A stretch of DNA of 64,000 nt from Raillietiella orientalis (Eukaryota), in assembly GCA_036172245.1 (NCBI GenBank), contig JAYWIR010000036.1:124001-188000 (forward strand), given 5' to 3'. Shown here piece by piece: positions 23,101-35,100 of the stretch. A program made the position numbers and the translations under genes. The notes under the pieces are model-generated. The model made no database searches. It saw only the letters and a list, made by a program, of their open reading frames with translations, and was not told where the DNA came from. How positions within the stretch are numbered: the first letter of the stretch is position 1; each line of letters starts with the position of its first letter.

Positions 23101-26100
23101 GAGCCGACGCGAGGACCGTGGGCAGAAAAGCCTCGGACCGTTCCGGAAGCAGCTCCGAGAGGGGGGACTTCCCACCAGCCGCACCTCCTTCCCTCGAGCG
23201 CTTCCGGTTCTCGTGGCGCCTTCTCGGGATGCCGCCGCCGACCTCGACCTCGGCTGTCCGCGGCGCCTTCCCGGTCCCTCGTTTGCACGCGAGTCGCCGC
23301 GGCCGGTAGAGCGACGACGCCACTCCGAATCCGGTGGAGCCCCTCTAGCGGGCGCCGCTGCGCCCAAGGCGCGGGAGGATGCGCCACCAGGAGCTCCCGT
23401 GTCCGTCGAAGGTCCCGCGACCCGCGAGGACTCTGGAAGGACGGGAAGGCTCACCTGCACACGCAGAAGGCGATCTGGAGCGACCAGTCCTTGCTGGCAT
23501 GGGTGTAGAAGTGCCGCAGGGTCTGCCGGCACCTGGAGGGGTCACACCGGACGCCGTCGCAGACCAGCATCACGGGGCGGAGCAGCGCGTTGCACCGCTT
23601 GTTGCGCAGGCAGGTGGCCAAGGCGGACTGGCACGTGCTGTGCATCGCCAGCAGCCTGTTGCGCTGGATGCTCTGGGCGGCTGGAAAGCCAGGAAAAAGA
23701 GGAGTTGGCGGCGCTGCCTTCCCCCTCCTCCCGCCTTCCTCTCCCGGGCCGGAGGGGCGGCGGCAGCGCGCGAGCACACGCAGGGCCCGCGCCGAGAGCG
23801 GAAGATCCGAAGGAGGGAGACTCCTGAATTCCTGGACGGCGGCGACGCCGGGGAGCGACAAGGCTTAGGGGAAGAGAAAAAGCAGGAGCGCGGTAAAGGG
23901 AACGGAGTGGTCGGGACAGCCAGCAGATACGGCCTCCTGCCCAGCAACCTCCTCTGGCCGCGGCAGCCCCAGGGCGCAAAGCAACAATGGATAGGGTTCC
24001 TAGTCTGAAGGTGGAAAGAGGAAATGACGCCTCGTTGTTTACGATGAAAGCACACTTTCACAAACCTTAGGATTTTGCATTGGCTATTGATTGTCCTCAC
24101 GCACACACTGCGAGGCGCCGTCAGCAGGTTAAAGGTAAAGAACAAACGATTGCTCTAAAAGGCCTTTTCCTCGTTTGAAATCTAAATTTAGTCTAAATAA
24201 AAGGTGTCGGAGGTGCATCTGCATTGCGTGTGCTTGAAGCAGCTTCTTTTGTTTGAGGCAAACAAAAAAAAAAAGCGTACAGACTGGCAATTCAGATTGG
24301 CCACTGGAAGCACGCGTGCACGCTGCCGATTGCATGGTATGTGCTTTGTATACCACTGATTGTGTACTATCCACAATCCTGTCAGTTATATACAGTGCTA
24401 TTGGTATGCACAACCAACTCAGTATACGGAAAGCGAACATGATGAACATCAGCATATATGACAATGTGTACACATAATCAATGGAGCACGAGAAGCAAAC
24501 ATGATGAACGGTGCGCGAGCAAGTTACTATGGTATCCAAGTGAGCGGGTTCGGGTTATAACTGGGAAAGGCACAATCCCGAAGGTTGATAATCGAGAAGG
24601 ACCCCAATCCCGAAAGTATAATCCCGAAAAAGTGACAATAAAAAAAAAAAAAAAAAAACTCAGATGCACGAAAAGGGCCATCCCATCGTTTATTGAGGAA
24701 GCTTCGACGTTTTGACATTGAGGAACGAAGTCGACGTTGCGACGATACGCCTTCCCGGAGTCAAATTTGCAAGAATCTAAAAGTCTAAACGCCCGAATGA
24801 TCGCAATCCCGAATGCCGTTTCCGATGAGGATTGCGAAAACCTCCATTTCCGTGGAACGAGGGGCTCCACGAGAGGGACAGAGAGCCGAGTTATTGATTG
24901 GTAGGCGCCGAGATCGCTCTTTGCTCGGTACTCATATTGAGGGTCTTTCTGCATCTTCCATGCACAGCTTTTTTACTGTAGTGCTTGCAAACACAGCGGG
25001 AAGGCACTTACTTGTGCGAGTGTTCGCTCGCGAAAAGGCCGTGTGGCGAGCCAAGTGCACGAGAACACTCGACGGTGAAGGGTTGGAAAGCTGACTGTCA
25101 CCGGTCAAGCAGAAAGTCGCCCCGTGGCGGTGGCCGAGCGAGAACAGCATTTCCAAGCGGACAGAGAGCACCGGTGTTCGTGGCGACCGCTCTCCAGAGC
25201 GGGCGTTTCGAAGATCGTAGAAGAAGCGAAGACGCAGGAGGGAAGCACAAGAGATCTCCCCCTGCACCAAATGATCCACTCGCGCGCGACGACTTCCACC
25301 AGGGCGGGCCCACCCGCGCCTTCCCGAACACGGCCTCCTCCGGAGAATGAAAAAAGTTCAACCAGCTCAGAGACCGCCTGGACCGCTTGCTGATGGGGAA
25401 GGGGAGAACTGGGGAAGGGGAAGCTGCACCGTCCCTCCAGCAGCGTCTTACAAAGAATGGAATGGCGAACTGTTCCTGGACAGGCTGTCGAAGAAGACCG
25501 ACTCCCTCCTTACATTCTTCAAGGAATACAATGCAGTCGCCCGCCGTCCGCCAGCGAAGGGAATGGTCACCTTCGAACGAGGGAGATGTTGGTTCGAGGT
25601 CAGCGCCGTCGCCCGAGAAAGAGATCACCGGAGAAGGTGGATCCGGGTGATAACGGGGTAACTCATGGAGCGCCGAAAAAGAAAGGAAGGGCCGGTGGGG
25701 GGTGTCCCCAGTGAAGGGAGGGAGAGGCATTTCGAGCTCGGGCTTGGAAGAAATCCGCTCTTCCGCTCCGGAAGGCCAACGAGCTGACCTTGGCGCCGGA
25801 AGAACACATCTCCCTGTGACGCGGCCGGGGAGAGCCAGTGTCAGCGAAGGTGCCATCCCGGTTCCCGGAGGCTTCGTCACGCCTCCGGAAACGAAATCGT
25901 GGAGGAAAAAAGGCCGGTCCTCGGAGCGAGATCAGAGAAAGGACCATCCCCTCCGGAGGATCACAGAGGGCGAAGGAATTTCCTACCTCACCCATTCCTG
26001 TGGCCTCCGCCGAGGGACCGACAGGAGCGGTCAACCAGGAAGTGTGCTTGACGCCGGGCGTCCGACGGCGGGCACAGTGTTTCCACCCCCTTCCTGAGTG

Positions 26101-29100
26101 GGTCCTGCAGGGGATGCCGGATGCCCGGAAGTAGGTTGCGGGTGAAACCGTGCCCCCCATCCCTGGCTCATCCCTTGGCCTTGGAAGGAGGAAGATGAGA
26201 CAGGAGCTTCGATTGACACGATGCACCCCTTCCGTTTCGCCCGCACCTCCCGGAAAAGTGGGCCCACGAGACCCGCCGACCGTCCCTTCAGTCTACTGCG
26301 AGTGGGAAGGGGGGAAGCTGCTGCACGGGAGACGGAGGGATGAGAGCTCCAGTAGCTCGGTCAGCCGCCGCCGCCGCCGCCTCTGCGGATCCAGCCTCTG
26401 GACCATTGTCCGCGGAGGAACGAAGAGCCTCGCTCCCATTCTCTCCTCCTTTTCCCACCCCCACGCGAGTTACGGGGCTCACCTTGCTGCAGGGCGGCGT
26501 TGCCTAGAGAAGGCTGTTCGCGGTGGAGTTCCCTGGGGCTAAGCAGATCTTCCGCTTCTCCGGTCAGGAGCTCGTGCTTTTCTTGGATGCTGAGAGAGTC
26601 GGAGATGCTGACCAGAGTGGAGGTCAGGACTCCCCGGTCGAAGGACATAAGGTCGAGTCTGTTCTCGCGGAAAGAGGCTGCAAGACGGACGAGGAGGAGA
26701 GGGAGGGGGCGCATTGCCCCGCGACGCTCCTGCGCCGTGCCTCACCCACGCACGGGTTGCGGTGGACCTCGTCGTGGATGCGGTCGCACTTCTTCTTGTG
26801 CTGCTGGCCGTCCGGGCAGATGCAGCCGAACACCGGGACGCTCCTCAGGGACAGCCAGGCGGGCAGGCACGCTGACCTGAGAGACACGCAGAGAGCTAGC
26901 GAAGAAGAGGGAGGGGCTCCGCCGCCTTGGAGGAAGAGCGCGGGAGGTCAGCGGAGCCTTCCTGCTCCACGTCCACCGTCCTCGCCTCCTCCAGCGTTCT
27001 CCACGCGGCGCTAGCGCGCGCGAGTTGCCCCGCGGCCCGCAGGAAACGACGACGCCCTCTACTTCCGGGGGGAACGCTGCACGGGGCCCAGGGTGGTCCC
27101 CGGGAAGACCACCGAAGCGCGCTCGCTGTGAACGCGGAGGGACGAGACGGAGCGACCGAAAGGCGAGCGTCCAGGTGGGAGTGCGTGCCCGCCCACCGCG
27201 TGCGTTTGTGTGTTCACGCGTGACCAACTGCCATGTGCGCGCAAGCGCACGCAGGCGTTCCCGCTCGCGAGAACACTTGGCCTAAGATCGAGTGCGCGCG
27301 CGACGAGGTTCTTCGACGCGTTCCTGCGCGCGCTCGTCGAAACGTGCTTTCGTTGTGTCTGCGCACGTCATCCGAGCGCGCGCGCGTGCGCGAGGCTCCG
27401 TCCGCATTGGGACTCGTGGCGCGCGCGCGCGCGCAGCACTCACGCGTTGCTGAAGACGCAGACGCCGTCCTTGGCTGCGCACGACACACGGAAAGCCTCG
27501 TAGACGGCCGAGCACTTCCTGTCCTTCCGGCATACGTTGAAGGCGTACTCGCAGGTGGGCAGGGCCTGCATGGGGTAGGGCTCCAGGTGCTCTGGAAAGG
27601 CGGGGCAGCCGTGAGAGGCGTCTTCGAGGGCTCTTCTCAGCCGACGGGCCGGCCCACCCGCTGCTATTCGAAGCCCGGCGCTCCCGGATACGAAAGGCGG
27701 GGGGAGGGGGAGGTCAGGAGAGACCGATGGAGGGTGGAATGGGGTGGTGAATGGGGTTTCGCCTGATGGATGGGGCGCTGTCGAGGAGTTTCTCAAAGAC
27801 TTTGCTTCGGGGCGTCGTTCGTCGCGACCCCGAGCGCGGAGGGATCAAACGACTGACCGCGCCCTCACCGCGGAGCGGGCATCCTGACCCGATAGAGGTG
27901 GCGCGTGGGTGGCGGGGGGGGAGGATTGGAAGCCGAGCAGTCGCCTGAGGATCCATTTGAAGGCGACAGAGGACTTCCGCAGCCTGAGGCTATGCCCCTT
28001 TCCCGTGCGCCCCCGAGGATTTTCGGCCTCGCGCGACTCCCACCGAGCTGTCTCCTCCCTCCCGGCTTCCGTAAGGCCGTCGTCGATGACACCGTTGACC
28101 CCGCAGCAGCTCACGGGAACAGGGGAGACTTGCGACCACTCGGAAGGCACGGCTCCCGAGACACCAGACGCATCTGGAGACGCGCGCGGAGGAGAAGCAG
28201 AGATCACCGGGAAAGAGGTGACCCCGTCCGCAGGACTGCCTTGGACGCACCGCTCCACGGAGCAGCGGCTGTGCGCGAGCGCTCCTTGCAGCGAAGCTCC
28301 AGACTGAGCACCGAACCGCTCGGAAGGGAGGAGGGAGGGGGGGATCCTCCACTGGGATGCCCGGTTGAGACCCTTCTCACCACAGCTTCGAAAGCTCGAC
28401 GGCAGCTCGTTCCTGCTCCCAGGACCCGCGTGAGCACCGGAAGACGGATCAACCCCCCCCCCCGAGGTCGTCGGACGAGGCGGACAGGAAGTGGACGATG
28501 AGGGTGGCACGCCTGAGGTTGCGCGCGAGCCCCCGACCCTCGCGGGAAACACCGCCCGCACCAGGCTCTTTCCCATGCCGTCGACTCTGGGCAGAACACG
28601 ACCTGCAACGTTCTACGACGTGCCAGCGCCAGGAGGCGTCGCAGCGATCCGCCTGAAGCGGGCAGCGACGGGCATGGATCCGGAAGGGGATTCAAGGGGC
28701 GGGCCGTTCCCTTGGACCTAGATTCGATCCTGAGGGGAGCCTCTGAACCGGAAGAGCAAGGGGGGGGGGGAGGAAGGGAGGAACGGGCTTGAAGCAGGGA
28801 ACGAAAGCGGGGCGGAGCAAGGGAGAGCGCAGGGGTCGCAGCAGGGGCGAAAGTGGGACCTCGTGACCCTTGAGTAGGAAGCATGGGCCGGGCGTGGATA
28901 GAGTCGCCCCTCTCAAGGAGGTGGCGGACTTTGCCTCGCTCGAGAAAGGAAGGAGTCGTCGCCGCCCAACACCGGCAGGAGGCTCTTCCCAGAGTCCATG
29001 AGGGACCCCCGGTTTTCCCCAGGCGGCTCCGGAAGAGGCGTTCTCGCCTCGTCCTCCCCCGCACCGTGCGAGGGGCAACGGAGGCCCGGAGGAGACTCAC

Positions 29101-32100
29101 CTTTTTTCTGCACAAAGTTGCACGGATGGTCGAACAGGAAATCCCGAAAGGCGTTGCACTCCGGGTCCGACTGCGGCTCCCGGCATAGGCAGGTGGGGTG
29201 GAAGAAGGGGAAGGACTGCAACGTCCTCAACGCGGCCAGGCAACGGCTGACGATGGCTGTGGAGCACGCTCCTGCAACAAAGAAGGGAAGGGAAGGCTCG
29301 AGAGAGACTCCCACGTAGGGAGGACGAGAGCTGCAGTCGCTGAGGGACGAAGAAGCGGAAAGGGGAGGGAAGAGGGGAAAAGGAAGAGGAGAGTGTTGAA
29401 GCGTCTCCTCAGTGACGCGGGTCCCTGTAACCAGTGGCAGAAGAATCCTACTTCGTGTTTCCGCGCCATCGGCTCTGCCGTCGCCAGAACGGAGCAAGAT
29501 GCAGGGCTCCTAAGAGGGGCCTCGTTTACGCGCTGCATCCCGCCCTTTCCCACGGAATGAAATCTGCTCCCGCCGGCTCCATGTTTTTATCGTACGAAAA
29601 TTGCATGTGTGTGTGTTGTGCGTTTTTTTTTTTTTTTAAAGCAAAGTGGCGGCTGATGGTCATCAGTCGTCAGTTTGCTGTGAGAATAGTGGCCCTCTCC
29701 CGAGCGCATTGCGGGAGCAGGAGAAATAAGCGTCTGGTGACCTGTGTCCACCTCGCTGGCACCCTGCCAGTGGCACCCTCGTCCAGTTCTATGCCGCTTC
29801 CCATTGCCTTGCGTTCCGCGCTTTCCCTTTCGCTCGTTCGCGCCGATCGTCCGCCTCCCATTGTTGTCGCAGCATTGTTGCTCTGTAACTTCTGCATTTT
29901 TGCACGAATCGCGTCCATGAGCGCGATCGGTCGCTCCACCTCCTGGCTCTTCCCTCCCATTCCATCAGGAGGAGGAGGAGGAGGAGGGAAAGCTGGTCGC
30001 CTCCTCCCGCTTGCATCTTCTCCTCCTTCCCGCCTCCTGCGGAAACCACCTGGGCAGATACGAGGGGCCTCTGAAGAGGGGAACGAGGGAATCCGGAACG
30101 ATGGCGTTTGATTCGCTGCGTGAAGGAATCGTTCGAACAGAGGGGCTCGGGGTCGCCTCCGTGCAGGAGGCGACCCCTCCTACCTCCTGCACTCGCGTCC
30201 GCTTGTAGTCGGGATCGCGGCGGAGGGAGTGGCCCACCAGCTACCTGGTGGCTCGCGTTCTTTTTCCCGAGGCCGAAGAACGAACTCGTCCTGCAAGGGA
30301 AGGAGGCAGCAGGCCGGGACCGTACACGCGGAGCGCTCCAAGAAGAGGAGCAGAGGAGTGAGGCTCCTACCGATCGGGTCACGTGGTGCGAGGGAAAAGG
30401 GGATTGCAAGCGGTTCGTCAGGCGTGAGTGACGGTGAAGCCGGTCGACGATGGGCGAGGCCAGTGGCAGCTCAAGAATCCCCCGTGACGTCCCCTCCAGC
30501 CGCGAGCAAGCACGGGATTGGGAGGAGGGAGGCAGCGGCGGGGAAAGCCTCAGACAGCATATTCGCAGCTCCCGTCGACCCGCACCCAGCCTCCGGACCT
30601 TCTCTTTCGCAACTTTTCCGTCTCGGGAGGCAAGGAAGCTCGCGCGCTCCTTCCTCCCGCCTTCCCCGCGACGAACCGGGAGCTCTCCCGATCACTGGAC
30701 GCGTGTACGCGCGCACCCCGAGGATGATGCGGGACGCAGCATCCGATCAGTCCCGGAAAGCGAACTGCCTGGCAACGCCGCCACGAGGTGGGAAAGAGAG
30801 TCAGTCCCTCGCTCCCGATTTCCCGGAGAGCTGATTGCGCGTGAAATTGACGAAACTCCTCAGCGACAGGGACGCGTTCCTCCGTTTCCCAGAGACGCCG
30901 GGGACGTTTTCCCGTCCTCTCGAGGAGGCAGGCAGGCACGGGTCGCCGAACCGTGCGCCCGGCCAGCCGCGGAGGGCTGCTCGACGCGCACGCGCTTCCG
31001 GGAGGGGCAGGTGAATGGAGAGGGGGCGACGACGGCAACCTAGGCGGGCGAACGAAATTTCCGGTGACCGTGGCGACGACTCCATCAGAAACAACCACCA
31101 GCGCCTCTCTCGTTTTCGGGCAAGAGAAAAACCGGGCCGGAAGGGGGGGGGGGAAGGACGCGGTGGAGGGGGGCAGCGGTTCCATTTTCCCAACCAGAGG
31201 GGAACACCAAAGGGATCCTCGATTCCCGGAAGAACCCTGGACGGTCAACTTCCGAATCCCGACCAGCCAACGGGGGCGTCAGGGGGTTTCCGGCTTTCAT
31301 CAGTGCTCACCGGAGTCCATGGCCCCCCGGTTCCTTTGGGGACGCTTTGTTGCGACCCTCGGAACTCCTGGCGGCAACCCCAGAGACGTTGTAAAGCGCC
31401 TCTTCCTGCGCGACGCCCTCACGTCGCCCACATCCCTAGCATCACTCTCCTGCCTATGCAGGATCGTGGCTGCATAGAGCAACGCCAGAGGAGACAATGA
31501 CGCCATCTATTCTGCTGTCCTCTTCACGAGGATAGCGTCAAGATGGCCCCATCTGGGGATCCTAAAATAGGAACTTTCCAGCATCCTGACGAGGATGCAG
31601 AGGACACCCTCCAGCACACAGTAATCCCTTCCCGAACACTCCCATTTTTCTGACTGTATATTTTTTGCTTTGTTTTTTCTTTTTGTTTGTCTCTCCTACC
31701 CCTGTGATGCCGAGACGAACCCCACTGGCCTGCCTGCCAGCTCCCGGTAGGTTCCTTCTCGTAGCTATGGGTAATATGGCAGGATTAAAGGTCCCGCCAC
31801 AGACTTGTATCTTTATTTCCTACAAATAAATCCCCCGGTGTCAACCCGTGTCACACCCGAAGCCACCCGACGCCAACCAGCGCCATCTTGCGGAGGGGTG
31901 AGGGGAACAGAAACCCGCGACGCACCCTCCACTCTCGACGTCCACCCTTCCCCTCGGGAGAGATTCGAACTCACGACGCCTGGTTCAGCTCGCGGACCGT
32001 TCCGGAAATGTTCCGCCACAGTTTCCAAGGAAACCCGCATCTGCTTTCGTGAGACCCTACGGCAGTCCGCCAGCAGATCTCACCCAGTCGAAGCGCCGAA

Positions 32101-35100
32101 TGCCAGACAGAGAGGAGGTCGTCGCCGGCCGTCCTCTCAGGAAGAGAGGTCCTCTCCCGAGTCGGCGCAAGGACCCACGACGCGCGCCTGGTTCGACCAG
32201 TTTTGTCCTTCAGTCCACCCACCGTGTCGGCCTCACGCCCGGGGGGGCCGGGACGCTCGGCTCCGCGAACGGCCTCGTCGGAGGGAAGGTGGAGGGCCGC
32301 CGCCCCCACCCGGACGGAGGCGGCGGCCGAAAGAAGCGACTGCCGCACTCCCCCGCCCGCCACGCGTGCGCCAGCGGCGGGACGCGCCTCGCTTCCCGAG
32401 CCTCTGCCCTGGCACGCGCCTCCTGCTGAGCGCGGCGCGTCAGCGAGGGTCCCCGTTGCAGACAGATCGCCGAGAGGGCTGGCTGCGGTCAGGGATCGAA
32501 GTCAAGTCCACCTCGTCGCGGCCTCGCTCAAGTAGAGAGGGTGCCCTCCTGGACGCGTGACGCGGCGAGGTGTGGGTTGCTGGGTCGCCAAGCTGACGTC
32601 CGTTCCCGTGGCTCCGCGATCCTTCCCCGACGCTTCCCGGCGCTCCCGCAAGAGGGCCACCCAAGAGCGGGCACCTCCCGGCGGAGAGAAGTGCCCGTTC
32701 GCGGAACCAACGAAGGCGTCTTGGCTCCTCGGATCGTCCCACCTCCCGGGACTGAGGCGGGGATTCGGGACAGGTGGATCTCATGCCTCCGGGAAGAGGA
32801 GGAGCCAACAACGGCGCGGTTGCACGGAAAACTGTGACGCGCCCTCCCGCACCCCGAGGCGCACTCCTGGGGGTTCGTCCCTGTCGCAGAAAAGCGCCCT
32901 TTCTGGAGTGGGCGTGGGGGTTGTCCCCCTCTCGCCGAAGAGAGACGCCCCTGCGGTCGCTTCAGACTCGCTCCTCGCCTCCGGCAAGTCACGCATGGGG
33001 TCAGTCAGAAGAGAGGGGAAAGTTCGTTACGAGACCTTTCGGGAGATGGCAGAGCGACCCGACGCTACTCGCAAAGCGTTTCGCAAGCGCCCGTCGGAAG
33101 GGCGCGCCGCGCAGCCGTTCTCGTACGGACGAGCGCGGCGGCACCGAGGGCAGAGAGGGGGAGGGGGAGGGATGGAGAGTGGGGTTCGACGGCAGAAAAG
33201 CAGGAGGAGAAAGCCGCGCGACCGACCGAACGGCAGAGTCTTCTTCGCCCGACCGCCGTTTTCCACGGCGATCGGGGCCGATCGGGTTCGATTGCAGTGC
33301 TGATAGCGGCGGGACCACCCCCGGCGTACGTCGCGAGCAGCAGCGAGGGGGCGGAAGGGGGCGCCCTCCTCTGGCCGGGGACTGAGGACGGCCGGATCGA
33401 TCGCACTGAGGGACCGAGAAAGACGCGCAGGGAGTCCATCCTGGGTCTGCCACAACCAGGATCCCAACCAGTGGCTGTGGAAGGGCGACAGCGCCGTGGA
33501 GCCTGACGAACGCAGGAAGGTGGCACGACTCTGAGCAGGGAAGCTGCGCTCCTGCAGCAGAGGCAGGCGGAGCACCTCCGGCGGCCCCCGATGCCGTCTC
33601 CCACGAGGCGGGGCTTCAATTAGCACGTCCCAAGGTCACCCCGGGGCGCCCGGAACGCGACAGGCCTGCGTCATGGAAACCGAGTCGATACGAAGGGGGA
33701 GAGACGGATGACCTGGTCTCATTGGGCGGAAACCAGCGCATCCGGCCGCCCCTGGAACCCTCCCGCGCGGTACGCTCCCGGGGGAATCCGGTCTCCAAAA
33801 CCAGGCGTCTTCCCGGGGAACCACACGGAATCCTCGTTCGAAAACCATCTCAGCTCCAAGACGGCAGCCCGCCTGAGGCAACGGGCAGACCAGACAGATG
33901 GGTTTTTTTCCTTCTTTTTCTTTTTTTCGAAACCCAGGCGGACTTGGAAACCAGGCGGGTCCCTTCCTCGGAGAGGGAGGGGGGAGGAACCAGCAAAGGA
34001 GGGCCAGCAGCCGCCGGCGGAAAAGAAGCCCGCGGGTCGCGTGCCCGCAGCCGATTCGGCAGGGAGGCGATGGCCGTCCCAGCAGCGCGTCATCCTCTGG
34101 GACCGCCCGCGGGCCTTGCCTCCAAGAGCAGGCTGGGAGCCGCGGAGGAAAGCAGGCACAGGGGAGAGGCAGCAAACGGGAAGGTCGTTTCCATGGCAAG
34201 CGGCCCCGTGAGTCCCCGTTTGCCGAGACGGCGTCCCTGCCAGCCAGAAACGGGTTTCCGGGACACGTCGTGGCGAGGCTAACTGGCGGTGACCTGGAGG
34301 AAGGGGCAGGTCATCCTGGCTCCCCTGGTTGCCCTTCAAGAGCGTCTCGCCGAAGTCCGGATGACCTGTACCGACCCGGTGCCGTCACCCTGCGGCAGAG
34401 ACCCGGAATTCTGGCGGCGTCGGGGCGGGGCGGTTCTCGCGGTCGAGAGGGCAACCGTAGCGGCGCCGCCGCTGGTCGTGACCGCCGCCGGACTTCGGCC
34501 CTCGGGGCTCGCTCGCAGCAGATCCGCCGGGGCTTCCTTCCCGCGGCCCGCGCGGCGCTCCCCGGGAAGCGGCGGTTGCCAAGGCACCAGAGCATGACTT
34601 CCCTTCCCGCGCCTCCGGCACGTGGTCTCCCTTGAGGCGTGACCCGGGAGCGCCGGGGGGGGGGGGGGAGACGGTGGGAGCAGCAGCGCTTCGGGGCACA
34701 TAGCGAGACATCGCGCCAGCGAGCGAGGCGGAAGAGGGACCTCGCGCGCACGCGCAGCGCCCCCGAGAAAGAGGCACGCTCTGCGTCCCCCGTCCCCAGG
34801 ACGCCTCAGGGCACGAGGGGAGACGCCGAAGCGAATGGCAGCGCCGACCTCGAGGAGGAGGACGCGAATTGCCTCGCGGATCCGCTGACCCCGGACAGCG
34901 CCGGAGGACATGCGACCCGACCGCGTTGGGGGGAACGCGCACGACCGGCGGCGGGAAACGGGGGAGAGAGGGAGGGGGGGAAGAGCAGAGCCGACGGGAA
35001 AGAAAGTCTTCCTCCCAGGAGGGCCCTATGCCCGACCCCTAGCGATCGCGCACGACCCCTCGATCTCCTCCGCACGAGCGGAATCGCCGACGTCCACCTG

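Noticed and set aside
23433..23454. Acceptor-like ttccag 22 nt after the Gfrl donor at 23454
   Set aside because: The intron would be too short; other short introns here are 50 nt or more.
18644..24008. Long plus-strand ORFs (455, 325, 263, 251 aa)
   Set aside because: Arg/Gly/Pro-rich shadows over Gfrl exons and GC-rich relic DNA.
24570..24630. Short spaced repeats as a CRISPR array
   Set aside because: 9-nt units, irregular short spacers, eukaryotic context, no cas genes.
27277..27295. ttggcctaagatcgagtg resembling the U2 snRNA 5' end
   Set aside because: Short, mismatched and does not extend.
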